A stretch of DNA of 64,000 nucleotides, taken from Epithemia pelagica. Lineage: Eukaryota > Protista > Bacillariophyta. The position numbers and the translations under genes are program-made. The DNA lies in the NCBI GenBank assembly GCA_946965045.2, contig OX337237.1, positions 124,001-188,000 on the forward strand, given 5' to 3'. Below the pieces are notes generated by a model that worked only from the letters and a program-made list of their open reading frames with translations, did no database searches and was not told where the DNA came from. Shown piece after piece: positions 43,889-57,900 of this stretch. Every line of letters begins with the position of its first letter. Positions within the stretch are counted from its first letter, which is position 1.

Positions 43889-45733
43889 GTATACAAGACC
43901 GCTACATTGCTATCATGCTGTATCGAAACCAGCACGGCATGATTCAAGTTCTTGATACTTTGGACCCAGACAACCACACATTCACTACAATTAAGGCCCC
44001 GTCAAGTGCACATGTCCCTCGTTCGGGAGGTTTTACCACGGTTGCGGTTGAAAACAAAGTGTACATTATTGGTGGACAAAGGATGTGGGACCACGAAGAC
44101 TTGAAATTGGTGGAATGTATTGAATTTGCATGGAATGACAGTGCCAACGATCAATACGAGCCTGTATCAGGGACTGAATCGTCATGTTTTGAATTCTGTC
44201 CAAAAGTTTTGTCGTGGAAGGTGGAACCAGATATTGGCCTGCTGCACGCTCGCTACAACCATTCCTCTGTTGTAGTTGGTTCCAAAATTGTTGTTGCTGG
44301 TGGTTCTACTCACGAGGAGGAAGGCGACAGTAGCGTTGAAGTCATTGATGTGGAGCGCAGAGAAATATCAGAATTGCCCGAGTTGAATGAGGCAAAAATT
44401 GGCGGCCAATTCTTGTTGGCTCTTCCTCATTTGGGCAGCCTGTTGGCAATGGGTAGCTTCAAGGGTGAAGTAGAGTCATTGGAATTTGGTGGCGACCTGG
44501 GAAACTTGGAAACTCGCCATAAAACAAATCGAAAGGTACGTCGTCCAGCGAATGAAATTCAATTCCTCCATCCGGTTTGGGTAATAGAATATCTTTCTCA
44601 TGTTGCGAAATTTCTGTCCTTTCAAAACATGCAAGTCCCCTCGACAGAAAAGGACGTCATCCGGAACCAAGCGTCCTTCTAAACAATGTCAAAAGGTAGT
44701 GAATGGAGTGTCATCGAAACGCCGCAAGAAGGCACCAGAAACTAACTCCAAGTTCATGGCTAAAGATCCAGTTTGTCGGGACATGGATGCCAAACGCCAA
44801 TTATCTACTTCTACTACTGTGGGACTGGAAGCGTCGTCCGATCTGACAGAGCGTGTGGTCCGCCTGGAAACCATGGTTACGTCAATCAAGGATCTGGGCG
44901 CTTTTGAGGAACGGCTGCAAGATCTCAGGGACAATCATGATAAAAAGCATCAAGAAATTGCCGACAGAGTTGAAGGCCTCGAAGAACAGCAAATGAAGAA
45001 TCGACTAGTGGCTGCCCGGCTTCAATGTCTCGAAGAAAGTAGTAATGAAAAGAACCAAGAAATGGATTCTCGAGTTCATTGTCTTGAAGCTAAGGATTCA
45101 AGACACCAACAAGTGGCCGAACGCGTTGAACAAATGGTTCGTCTAGTTCAATGCGTAGAAAACAAGGAAAAGACCAACCAGCAAATGGCCGAATGGGTTC
45201 AATGCCTCGAAGACCTGAATGAAACACACAAACAAATGGCCGAACGGCTTCGATACCTCGAAGGCAAGGATAAGACCATCCAGCAAATTGCCGCACGGCT
45301 TCAATGCCTCCAAGACCAGAATGAAACGCACCAGCAAAACGAACAGAACATTATGAATCGCTTGGGTGCCTTGGAGCAAAAACTTGTGTTTGCAGTGAAT
45401 CCCAACAGTGTTTTGGCGCGTGATACAACAAGATACAGATCCGAGACGGCTGTGGCTGCTACGCCGTGGAATCCAGTTAATGGTAGTTTCCGCGCTCGTC
45501 ATCCCTTGGACAATGCTTTGAGGGAGACATCGCTGGCGCAAGGTAATGAGGAGACGACGAGGAATCCTTGTGATACTTGTTCTAGACGAAACATGGCAAC
45601 CAGGACCAAAACCCCTGACGCAGGAGTACCAAACAGGGCAGTACAGGATCAAATGAACCGACTGGAAGCGACTGTGCTTGGAAGTACCCTGCTGTGCAGT
45701 GCCTGGATTCTCTGGAACCAGTGGACCCGTTAA
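43864..45733 (+). pseudogene. Kelch + 17-aa coiled-coil repeats + tail (paralogue B), 5'-truncated; intron 44536-44635
   Basis: Homology to paralogue C starts only near 43890 (TACAAGACCGCTACATTGC, matching ~48713), so the first blades are missing. The C-terminus RLEATVLGSTLLCSAWILWNQWTR is intact. Confidence 0.75.
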
Positions 45734-45753
45734 ACAACGTGTCCCAACGCAAC

Positions 45754-45866
<113 letters not shown>

Positions 45867-45899
45867 ATATATATATACTTCCAATTTCAAGACCCTTGG

Positions 45900-46054
45900 C
45901 TTGCCCAACACTGTGATTCTTTACTATCATTCGAATCTCTGCCATATAATGACCTTGCCCAACCCTGTGATTTTATATTCGAATCTCTGCAATAATGACC
46001 TTGCCCAACACTGTGAATCTATATCATTCAAATCTCTGCAAGAATGACCTTGAC
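45900..46054. repeat. ~50-bp minisatellite, about 3 copies
   Basis: CTTGCCCAAC(A/C)CTGTGA...ATTC(G/A)AATCTCTGC units start at 45900, 45954 and 46000, with a partial unit at 46049. Confidence 0.9.
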
Positions 46055-47330
46055 AAAGTCCTTTCGATCCGGCCCTCATAATATAGTAGTCATGAGGATG
46101 TGTTCAACTCGCAGCTGTGCTCCTTTTTCAATGACATGATGTAGGTTGGAGTTTCGGTGGTTCATTCATTCATTCTTCTTCTTCTTGTCCACAATTCTGG
46201 TCTACACCAGAGAGAGACACCCCTGTGGCACCAAGGGGATAGAGACATGGGATCAACCCATGTTGGGAGTATATATAGTGAGGATACCTGCTCTTGCGCG
46301 CAACGGCGTGGCCGAGATGGAACGAGTGACCTGGAGGACAACCAGTACTCTCCCAACGAGGCGTGACAACCAGAACAGGTGGCACCATTCTTGAAATTTC
46401 ATGGCGTTTTGTTGTTGGGGCCACAGAGAGGGAACGGTGAAAACGATTCGATTCTCTCCCTCTTGCGACGAAAAGCTGACGATAGGGCCATCTTTTCTGG
46501 GTGGCTGGTTGTGCCATTCGCCAGACACTAGATACGGTCTCTACAGAAGAACGGCTCTGTTTGGTGGTCGACGGCACACATGTATATCATCGTCATCGTG
46601 GACTATATACGACGAAAGATACTCTTTTGGTCGCGGATCCTGTGCGATCGAGGCGCCGTGACGGAAAGACGGCGAAACGCGACCGGTTTTTCACCTCAAA
46701 CAAGTCGAGGATAGAGTATATAGAGTTTGTTTGTGTTATGCTCCCGCATGCAGTCTTTTACCAGGCAACTTCTTGAAAGGCTTCTGTAACCTCCTTTTGA
46801 AGCATAGGCATAACATTTCCGACTGTTCTTTTCTTACTGCCTCCCGGTGTTTCCTGGGTTATCCTCTAAAGGGACCGTCCCCGTCTTCTGTCCCCGTGCA
46901 CGATCTTTTTTCCTCAGATCTCGCTTTCTTTTTTGATTTTGTTTGTGTGTTGCTGCTGATCTCTCTCGAGAGGGTCGTCGCTATTATTAGTGCTGCTCCC
47001 ACCGAACGCTACCAACAGAAGTGCAAAAGGCGACGATCTCCACCACGCCACCCTGCTATTCCTTGTTTGGGGTATGGAAGCAGCAACAGTAGCAACAGGA
47101 ACAGCAACAAAAGACGGATGCGACGGCCACTGCAACCAAAACAACCACCACCACCAGACCAGCAAAACCAGCCGCGAATGCAAACAAGTATCTAGTTTCC
47201 TGCCTCGGGCGGCAAGGAAGCGTCCACGAAAGTGTCCACGAGAGACATAAGTTCCGGTAGTCGTGGATCAGAAGAGAGTGCAATGCCTCCGAAAGACCAG
47301 CACACAAAGTGGCTGAGCGAGGGCGATGCT

Positions 47331-47700
47331 TCAAGTTGATGGACCAAGGAAAACCGAGGAACCGAGACTGACAAGAGCGAATGGAGGCATTGTAGCAACC
47401 GATGCCGGTACTAGAAGATACTTGAACTTCTCATTGTGTGTCGGAGGCTGATGTATCGATACTCCGAGAAATCTTTGCGATTCTTCCATTCTGACCTTGA
47501 AGGTATTGTTGTCTCTTACTAATGTACAAACAGGGCGTTGCTGCTTCGAATCTAGGGAGACCTTGGATTTTGTCAACGGTCCGATTCTCTCTTATCCTCC
47601 CCCTTGCTACAAAAGGCTTGAGGATCTGGACCATGTCATTCCACAACATCGATGAGCCATCGAGTATATATCTGGTTCGCTCGCGAGAACACAGAAAAGG
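47331..47700 (-). pseudogene. Unknown ORF (orfX copy 2), frameshifted
   Basis: The homologue of 43508..43888 is split between the frames of ORFs 47431..47820 and 47331..47576. Confidence 0.4.
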
Positions 47701-48209
47701 CTCGTATATAGCGGATGAACTCTTTTTCAGAAACGAATGATACGAAATTACGCACATTGTCCGTTGTCCCGAAAATGTGCTACGCATCGAGCATGGCTCA
47801 TAACGGCGGTGTGCGCCCATTCTTCGTCTCCGTCACCACTGTTGCCGCCTCATGGTCAGGTTGGTGAAAATCTTTTGGTTCGACGGCTTCAAAAGCGACC
47901 GACTTAGCCAAAAAACAAAAAGCTATGGAAGTATATGCAAAGTGTGCTCGGACTATGACACACAAAAAGCTCCCTAGAAACATTGAACCAAACGTGCCAA
48001 TTGGAACCTTACTATAGTTGTTCTTCGATAGCATCTGTTCTTCCAGATAGCACATCCAGGTTTTGACGTGAACTACACTTTTTCGTCGAGGGACGCTGTG
48101 GCTGTGGCCGGCCAGCTTGAATTCGGATCGCCACATGTGAAGGTCATTCACATCAAATCGTCGCCCATCGCTCAACAATGCCCACATTGAGGGATGATAA
48201 TTTTACCAT

Positions 48210-50691
48210 ATGAACGGGATGGCGTCTTCATTATCGAACGAAATGAAGGAGGAAGCATCCTCTTCACCAAAAAAGTGGCAAATCGAGAGCTCGTGGCCAC
48301 CACCTATTATGGGAAGATTTCTCATTGACTATGCAGCGGTTATCCTTTCCCCGAAAAACAAAACATCCAAAACACAGCCACCATCTTCAACAATGGTATT
48401 GCTTGGAGGCGGCGGCGTATACCAGCCTACAAACTCTGTACAGATGATGGACATTTCCACAGAGTCCAGCAGTATCCCCCAATGGAGGAAAGGTCCACCA
48501 ATGAACCGGCCACGTCGAGATTTTGATGCGGTAGTATGCAATGGTGCAGTCTATGCAATAGGAGGCCATCATACCACCATTGAACGCATTTATATTAATG
48601 ATCTATTGAAACAGCACATTACATCTATGCCAGGGACGAAGACACAAAGCTGGTGCAACTTAAAGTGTCGATTATCGGCCCCTACAAGTGGTGCAGGTTC
48701 CACTGCGGTGGTACAAGACCGCTACATTGCTGTCATGCCATATCAACACCCTCATGGCATGATTCAGGTTCTTGATACTCTTTACCCAGACAACCACGCA
48801 TTCGCTACAATTGACGCTCCGTCAGGTGCACATGTCCCTCGTTGGGGAGGATTTACCACGGTTGGGGTTGAAAATAAAGTGTACATTCTTGGTGGACAAA
48901 AGATGGATGGCAGTAAGGACATAATAAAGTCGGTGGAATGTATTGAATTTGCATGGAATGACAGTGCCAACGATCAAATCGAGCCTGTATCAGGGACTGA
49001 ATCGTCATGTTTTGAATTCCGTCCAAAGGTTCTGTCGTGGAAGGTCGAAACAGATATTGGCCTGCTGCACGCTCGCTACATGCATTCCTCTGTTGTAGTT
49101 GGTTCCAAAATTGTGGTTGCTGGTGGTTATACTGACAAGTCGAAAGACGAAAAGTGCGTTGAAGTTATTGATGTAGAGAGCAGAGAAGTGTCAGAATTGC
49201 CTGAGATGAATCAGGCGAACATTGGCGGAAAATTCTTGTTGGCTCTTCCTGATATGGGCAGCCTGTTGGCAATCGGTAGCATCTTCAATGGTCAAGTCAT
49301 AGAGTCATTGCACTTTGGTGGCGACCTGGGCAACTTGGAAGCTCGCCATAGAACAAGTCGGAAGGTACGTCGTCCAGAGAATGAAATTCGATTCCTCCGT
49401 TCGGTTGGGGTAGAAGAATATCTTTCTCATGTTGCAAAATTTCTCTCCTTTCAAAACATGCAAGTCCTCTCGACAAAAAAGGATTTCATCCGGAACCAAG
49501 CGTCCTTCTAAACCATGTCAAAAGGTAGTGGATGGAACGTCGTCGAAACGCCCCAAGAAGGTACCAGAAACCAACTCGGCTACTGTGGGACCGGAAGAAC
49601 CGTCCGACCTGACAGAGCGTTTGGTTCGCCTGGAAACCATGGTTCCATCAATCAAGGGTCTGGGCGCTTTTGAGGAACGGGTACAAGGTCTCGAGGGTAC
49701 AAGGTCTCGAAGACAATCAAGAAAGAAAGCATCAAGAAATAGCCGACCGAGTTAAAGGCCTCGAAGAACAGCACATCAAGAACGGACTAGTGGTTACTGA
49801 AAAGAACCAAGATATGGATGCTCGAGTTCATTGCCTTGAAGACAAGGATTCAAAACACCAACAAGTGGCCGAACGAGTCGAGCAGATCGTCAGTCAAGTT
49901 CAATGTCTTGAAAACAAGGATAGGATCAACCAGCAAATAGCCGAAGGGGTTAAATTCATGGAAGACCAGAATGAAACGCACCAACAAATGGCCGCACGGC
50001 TTCAATGCCTCGAAGACCAGAAAGAAACGCACCAACAAATGGCCGAACGGCTTCAATACCTCGAAGGCAAGGATAGGACCAACCAGAAAATGGCCGCACG
50101 GCTTCAATGCCTTGAAGACGAGAGAGAAACGCACCAGCAACAAATGGCCGATCGGCTTCGATACCTCAAGCCCAGAATGCAACGCACCAAAAACTAGTCG
50201 AACGGCTCCAATGCCTTGAAGGGAAGGATAGCACCATCCAGAAAATGGCCGCACGGCTTGAATGCCTTGAAGGGAGGGATAGGACCAACCAGCAAAACGA
50301 TCAGAACATTATGGATCGCTTGCATGCCTTGGAACAAAAACTTGTGTTTGCAGTGGATACGAACAGTCTTTTGACGCGTGATACACGAGACAGATCCGAG
50401 ACTGCTGCGGCTGCTACGCCGTTAAATCCTGGCAATGGTATCAGCGCTCGTCGTCATTCTTTAAGCCATGCTTTGAGGGAGGCATTGCCGGCGTAAGGGA
50501 ATGAGACGACGACGACGAATCCTTGGGATACTTGTTCTAGCAACACCAACAACATTGCAACCACGACCCAAACCCCGGACAAGGTAGCAAACATGACAGT
50601 TCAGGATCGAATGAACCGACTGGAAGCGACGGTGCTTGGAAGTACCATGCTGTATAGCGCCTGGATTCTCTGGAACCATTGGACCCGTTAA
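48210..50691 (+). pseudogene. Kelch + 17-aa coiled-coil repeats + tail (paralogue C); intron 49365-49464; exon 2 disrupted
   Basis: The kelch exon is intact. Exon 2 has a 16-bp tandem duplication GGGTACAAGGTCTCGA (49679-49710), a 1-nt deletion near 50170 and a CAA>TAA nonsense change at 50494-50496. The tail motif ...SAWILWNHWTR* ends at 50691. Confidence 0.85.
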
Positions 50692-51946
50692 ACAACACGT
50701 GTCCCCAAGCAACCAGATCTTTCCTCTCTATATACGGATACCAATTTCAAGACCCTTCACTTGCGCGCGCGCAACCTTGTGATTCTATATTCGAATCTCT
50801 GCAGTAATAACCTGGACCAGGTCCTTTCGATCCGGCCCTATTATAGTAGTGATGATGAAGTCTTTCTCGCAGCTTTGTTTCGTTTTCAATGACACGTTGT
50901 TGTAGGTTTGAGTTTCGGATGCTCCTGTATTCTTGTTGTAGAAGGGCGTAGAGCAACCCATGTTGAGGGAACGGTGAGGATACCTCTGCTCTTGCACAAT
51001 TGCCTTGCCAAAATGTTGCCGACGGTTGCCTCTCCTCTCTCTCTATATATATACCGAGACAGAAAGAGTGACCTGAAGGACAACCAACACTCCCAATAAG
51101 GCGCGACAACGAGGACAGTGGGAGGCACCCGTCTTGAGAAATCCCATGGATTTATTGTTGGGGCCACAGACGAGAGGGAACGTGTGCAACACAATCCGAT
51201 TCCCTCCATCCTTTTTCTCTCTCTTTCTTGTCATGGTCCTTTCCAAGAGTTGCGCGACTCGCGGCTGTCGAGATTCCCATCCTAATACATCGACAAGAAG
51301 AATGGCTCGGATGGATGGTCGTCGACTGACGGCACAGGATGATGTGTCGTCGTCCTGGTCGAGCTTCTATTGGAGGTGTGATGGGGCTTGGCATGGATAA
51401 GTCCCGCCTGAGTCGGGACAACGATGACCATAGGTGCGACGGCATGGTCGCGGAGGTGTCTGTGTCGCCGACGGACAGGCGGTGAAACGCGACCGGGTGT
51501 TGGACGAACGATGAGAGAGTCACGATGACCGCTTGGTACAAGTCGAGGATCGAGTAGCGTGTCACACTAGGCAGAAATAGTAGGAGAGACGTTTGCACGA
51601 TCTTTTTCCGAGATGATCTCTGTGTTGTTTTTTTTGTGTTTGTGTGTTGCCGTCGTCGTATTGCAGCTCCCGCCCGCCGAACGTTACCAACAGAGGTGCA
51701 AAAGGCGACAATCTCTCTCTCGAATCAAGCGTATCGAACACGCAACGCCAAAGGAGGAGGAACGGTTGGTGATTGCATCCTATTCTACGGACCTGTGCGT
51801 TTGGGGAACGGAGGTGATCCTATCATATAATATATAGTTTGGAAACAACAACAAAAACCTTTTCACACGTTTCCTCCTCTCCCCCAAACCATTCAACCGA
51901 CGACAGGAAGTGGCTGTCTTCGCTTGTTGGCGGATCCACTGGCAAA

Positions 51947-54900
51947 ATGTCGTCGAATGATTCCTACCAACCACCACCGCCACCTCAATCGCCCTTAAGG
52001 AATACCACCTCCTCCAGTGGTTCGGCGGCTTTGTCGTCGTCCTCCTCGGGCTTGTTTCAAGGCTTGACCATTGCTTCTTCGCCGCGATCGCCATCCACCA
52101 GCACTTTTGACCATCCCAATGCGTCTTCCAGCAGCAATCCACAGCCACCACAGCCACCACCACCACATCCCTCTCCTCGTACGGCCTTGCCCGATTTGGA
52201 AAAGACGCCCATTGTCAGCAATCGACAGCCTTCGATTGGAAGTACTGGTGCTAGTAGTGATACAACGGCCAATGCGTCCCTCGTTCCTCCGCCCCTCACC
52301 TTGCCCAATTCCTTGCAACAAGCACCCGTGACGGACAAACTCTTGGGATTGTTATCGTCCGCCTCCGCATCAGCTAATGCCGAGGAGGAGGAGGTTTCAC
52401 CACCGACCACCACGATTCACGACACTACTACGACAACAATTCCTACGAGTACCACGACGACGACGACCGAACCAGCTATTAGTACTCCACAACCACAAGC
52501 AGAGTCGCCGCAACAACAGCAACCAGAAGCAGCAACCACCACCACGTCCTCGTCCTCCTATTCCTTGTTGGGGGGATGGTGGGGAAGCAGCAGCAACACT
52601 ACTGCCACGGCACCAACCAGCCAACGACCACCCGAAGCAGCGGAGAATCACAAGAATAAGACGACGACAACTCCTCCTCCAGCAGCAGCAGCAGTTGCAG
52701 ACGATTCGCGGGCAACCAACCAAATGGGGCATGATCCAAAGGACGACAACAACAAACCGGAACGTTCCTTGGAACTGGCACCGTCGGATGAACAAGCACC
52801 ACAAGCACCACCACCCCAAAAAGTGGTGGAACCAATCCCCCAACAAGCGGAGGACACGCCCGAAACCATCACCAGTCCGGAGCAGGTTCCCAACCAACAA
52901 CCACAACAACAAGAGGAGCATCACGAAACTGACGACCACCACAACAACAACAACCACAACACGGACCGTACTACGACTACGGAACTAGTAGAGGAGAATA
53001 CTACGACTGCTACTACTGTGAGTGGTGGTCGCAAACCCATGACGGCGACCGATCAACAAGCCTTGGAAGAAGCCTTTGACGAGGTTGTCGAAGGAGCAGG
53101 GAGTCAGCCACCACCAGCAGCAGTCCACCAGCAATCGGGCACTGCCACCTCCAATTCTAGTGACAAGGACGACGACGACGATGGACAATCGACCGCCGTC
53201 ACGGAACGCATGTCCAATGTTCATTCCCACCAAACCGAAACCATGGAGGAGGAGAAGGACCAGTCGGACCAGGCTCCTTCGCACCGTACCACGACCACCA
53301 GTCGTGCTGCTCCATCTACTACTACGACCGTGACAAGCACCACACCATCACCATCCTCGGTCGCCTTGGCTTCCTCCCGATTCACCAGTCTTTCCAATGC
53401 TGCCACTGCCTCGTTGGCACCGCACTTGTTGCGGGGATTGGGACAGGTGCATGCCGCTACACCCATTCCTCAGTCGGACGTTTGTTTGCGCGTCTTGCGC
53501 AAATTTCGTCGCAAAACGGCCGCCCGCGTGCCCACGACGTACGGTGGCACCAAACCCGTGGGATGGTGGCAAACGGGCTATGCCTGGTTTGCCGCGACGC
53601 ACAAACCCGATCCCACCTATGTGCCCTATCAAGTCTTGGTGAATATTTTGGATCAAAATACCAATGGGACAACCACAACCACCACCACCAACGAGACGGC
53701 TGCCACTTCTTCTGCGGAACCCTTGCAGGACGATTCTGAAGGCTCGGCCACATCGGTACTGGTCAATCATGTCTTGGGCGAATCGGGCGATACCATGGAT
53801 CGAGCCCGACAAGCCATGGCCGCCTTTGTCTTTTGTGCCTCGTCGTGGGCTCATGCCAGTGCGCACGAATATGCCGCCACGGAATCGCACAATGCACCCA
53901 CCCGCCTCGCCTTTGGCGAGTGTGTCGTGGCCGCCTTGGATACGGCTTCGACGCTCATGGCGCATGGATGTTTGGATCGTGTCCAACTCGTGATTGGTCA
54001 ATCGGACAATCACGGCGAACAGGGAGAAACAGTGCCCGTCACCCACTTGTTGACCCAATCCATTTTGGCGGCCGATTTGACCTTGGAACGCACCGAATTG
54101 GCCGCCATGAAATTTGTCCTGACGGCCGGATGTCGCACCGTAGCGCCGCTGTCGCCACCCGCAACGACTCAGGACCAACCGCACGACGATCAGGACGACA
54201 ATGACCACAATGACACGACGACGGTCGTTGTCACGGAATCCTTGTTGAGTGGCGCCCACTTGTTGCAAACGGTGCGCATGCTCTATCACATTTTTTTAAC
54301 GACGGAATCCACAGCCAACAAAACCACGGCCCGCGCCTCCTTGCAACAATTGGTCACTCATGTCTTTGGGCGCATGGTAGCCGTCGATCGTACTATTGTT
54401 CAGCAGCAACAGCAGCAGGCACACGAAGCATCACACCCACAGGTTCCTTTCACGCCCAAAGGAGCAACCCCAAGTCCCTCACGAGTGGCGTCGTCAAGTA
54501 CTCCGAATACCAGCAGTAGCAGCCACAATGGCTGGGAAGGCTTTCCGTCGGAACATCATCGCAATGCCTTTTTGATTTTGCGGGCCATTTGCAAATTGAG
54601 TATGCGTAGTTTGCCCGATGCCGCATCGGGCATGCATGCCCATATTGGCTTTCAATCCAGTGGCAGTCATGAAACCTGGGATGGCCATCAAGCCGGCGTG
54701 ACGGCCACGGGATCGACCGATTCCACCGATCCCGCCTCTCCCACCATGACCACAACAGGTGCTGCTGGAACCGACGTGGATCATTCCTCGTCGACCCATG
54801 CGCAATTGATTTATACGGCCGCCATTCATCCGGCACTGGAATCCAAAATTTTGGCCTTGGATTTGATGCATCATGTCTTGACCCATACCGACTTTCCACC

Positions 54901-57900
54901 CGGCTTTGTCCAACGGAGTGGACCGCAATTTCAAGCCTGTTTGCGCAACTATCTCTGCGTTTCCTTGCTCAAGAATTGTACCTCGTCCGATACCACGGTC
55001 GTGCATTGGAGTTTGCGCATTTTTGTGCCCACCGTGCGGAATTTCCGCACCGTCTTGAAAACGGAAATTGAAGCCTTTGTGACCAATGTCTTTTTTGTCA
55101 TTTTGGATTCCAAACATTCCACCTCCGATCATAAGGGCATTGTGGTTCGAACCTTTGAAGAAATTTGTTCCGATCCTGTCACTCTGGCCGAAATATTTTT
55201 GAATTATGATTGTGACTTGTCGGCTGTGGATTTGTTTCATCGCATTGTCCAAACTCTCAGTCGCGTCTCCCGGACCGGACTCTTGGCGTCGGAATCCTCG
55301 GCCCTTTCCATGTCGGGATCGTCCGCCAATGGCGTCGGACCACTATCCTTGTCGGGTTTGATGATCATGGGAGGATCGTCTTCGACGGCGGCACGCATGG
55401 AAAAGATTCGCTTTGAAACACGAGAATTGCGATTGGATGCCATGAAGGCCTTGCGACAAGTCTTGGCGAGTTTGCATGCCAGTATTGTCGAACCCATGGC
55501 ATCTTCGTCGTCGTCGACCGAGGCTAATACCACGACCCCTCAAAAGGCACCACAAGGATATCAGGACCAGGATGTTGGTGGCACACCCGTCATTCCAGAG
55601 GTGGGATCGGCAGCTAGTACCGACTCGACGTCGCCAGATGGTAGCACAGTGGCGCGAAACCCAGTCGAAGTGTATGGTTCCAAAAAGAAACGACGAGCCG
55701 AAGAATCGGAAGCGATTTTGCGATTCAACCAAAAACCGTCGGCCGGCCTGGCCTTTGCCGCCAAATGCGGACATTTGAATGGAGAGGATCCCAGTGATGT
55801 GGCTCGGTACTTGCTCAACTTGAAAAATGTCTTGGACAAGACCATGATTGGAGAGTATTTGGGACGAGAGGCGGAATATCAAAATGGATTCTCCATTCAA
55901 GTCTTGCACGAATATGTGCGACTGCTGGATTTCACGGGATTGCTCTTTGACGAAGCCATTCGATACTTTTTGTCTGGCTTTCGATTGCCCGGTGAAGCAC
56001 AAAAGGTATGTTGGATTGGAAGTTATCGCCGAGGTAGGAGGAGAGTGCAGTGAGTTTCGCGTTCACCATCTGATTTTTGTGTGTGCCGTTGGAATACAGA
56101 TTGATCGAATCATGGAGAAGTTTGCAGAACGATTCACCGAACAGAACCCAGGCGTATTCCCTACACCGGATGTTGCCTTTATCCTATCGTTTTCCATTAT
56201 CATGTTGAATACAGACCTCCACAATCCTGCTATCAAGGAAGAACGACGCATGACAAGAGCCGGCTTTATTCGAAACAATAGTGGAATCTGTGATGGACAA
56301 GATCTACCAGAGGATTTGTTGAATTCCATCTTTGACCGTATCAAGGCAAACCCGATTAGTTTGAAAGAAGATGACGAAGCGCGAGAGCGAGCTGGGGAAT
56401 CCAAGAACTCGGGGAGAAGTACCTTGCAGTCCGCCATGAATCCGGCCTCGTTCTTTACAAGCCACTACGAAGAAATGGACCGTGCAAGAGAAACAAACTT
56501 CCGAAAAGAACGCGATCACATTGTCCGGACAACAGAGTCCTTATTGAAACGGCGACGACAGCAAGGTCAACCCGATGGTACTCCCACCGGCAAAACGCCG
56601 AAATCGTCCAAGGCCAAAAACAGTAACCGATCAGGCCATCAACAACATCAACGGTTTGTTCGTACAGAAGATAGCGGACTCCGCGATGAGTATGTGGCAC
56701 CCATGTTCGAAGTGGCATGGGGACCAGCCCTGGCAGCTTTCTCGACTGCCATGGAATCAGCCAATGGCACCATGGGTTCCTTGCTGGCAATTGCGACTGA
56801 TGAGGAACTAGAAATTGCGGCTGAAAACGCAGCGGAAACCATTGAGGTTTGTTTAACGGGCTTTCGATTTGCCATTTGCACAGGTGGGCTATGCGGCAAT
56901 GACGTAGCACGAGACTCCTTCATGTTGGCCTTGAGTCGCTTCACACAGCTGGGTTCTGGAGCTTTGTTGGAACCGCGTCATGTGCGTTGCTGTCAAACCA
57001 TGTTGAGTTTGGCACGCGAAGATGGTGAACTCTTGGGATCCTCCTGGCAACATGTCTTTCGTGCCTTGAGCGAGGTGAATCGGTTCCACCAACTGTTTCA
57101 TCTCATGGCGCGGAATGACCGTGCAGCTGCTGCGGCGGCTGACCGACGAAGAAAACGATTGGAAGAGCGTGAACATCGTCGACGGGTCCGTCGTGAGAAA
57201 GAGCATCGACGCCAGTCTGCAGACGAGCCGACGCCTGAATTTGATGAAAGCGGTCAGAGTGCCGAGTCTTCTCAACAGAAGAAGTCGCAACAGCAAGCAG
57301 AATGGGATCTCACGTCAACAAGTGAAGATGTGAGCGAAGTTGATTCCCTCGCTGAATCGGATTTGTTTTCGGACGACGATGACTTTGAATTGGAAGACGA
57401 TATGGATGCCAAGGCGATTGATGAAGCCAATGCTCGATTGATTTATGAAGGTATTTCAGAAGATGTGATTGAAGTGATCTACGAGCGATCGTCTTCTCTG
57501 AGTACCCCAGCCATCAAAGAGTTTGTGTTACAGCTCTGCTATGTTTCGAGTATGGAAATCTCTGTGGGATACGGGTCCAAAGATCTGAATCATGTTTCAT
57601 ACCGACAACAGCATGCTTTGTTAGCCGGAAGTTCCAGTCACGGGGGCGCGGACAGTCAATTTCATCACAGTCAACCCAACATCTACAACCTCCAGAAACT
57701 GGTAGAGGTGGCTCATTACAATATGGAATCCAGACCAAGACTTGTCTTTGCCGAGCTGTGGTCCACAATCGCGGAGCATTTGACCCAGACCTCCTTACAT
57801 AAGAATCCAGCATTGGCCATGTACGCAGTGGATTCGTTCCGCCAGTTGAGCATTCAATTCCTCAAACGAGATGAACTGGAGGCGTTTGAATTCCAACGGC

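Noticed and set aside
45900-46054. CRISPR-like array
   Set aside because: The units are contiguous degenerate tandem copies without unique spacers, the context is eukaryotic, and no cas genes are present.
56006-56099. Frameshift splitting the Sec7 gene into two ORFs
   Set aside because: A GT..AG intron restores FRLPGEAQK|IDR exactly.
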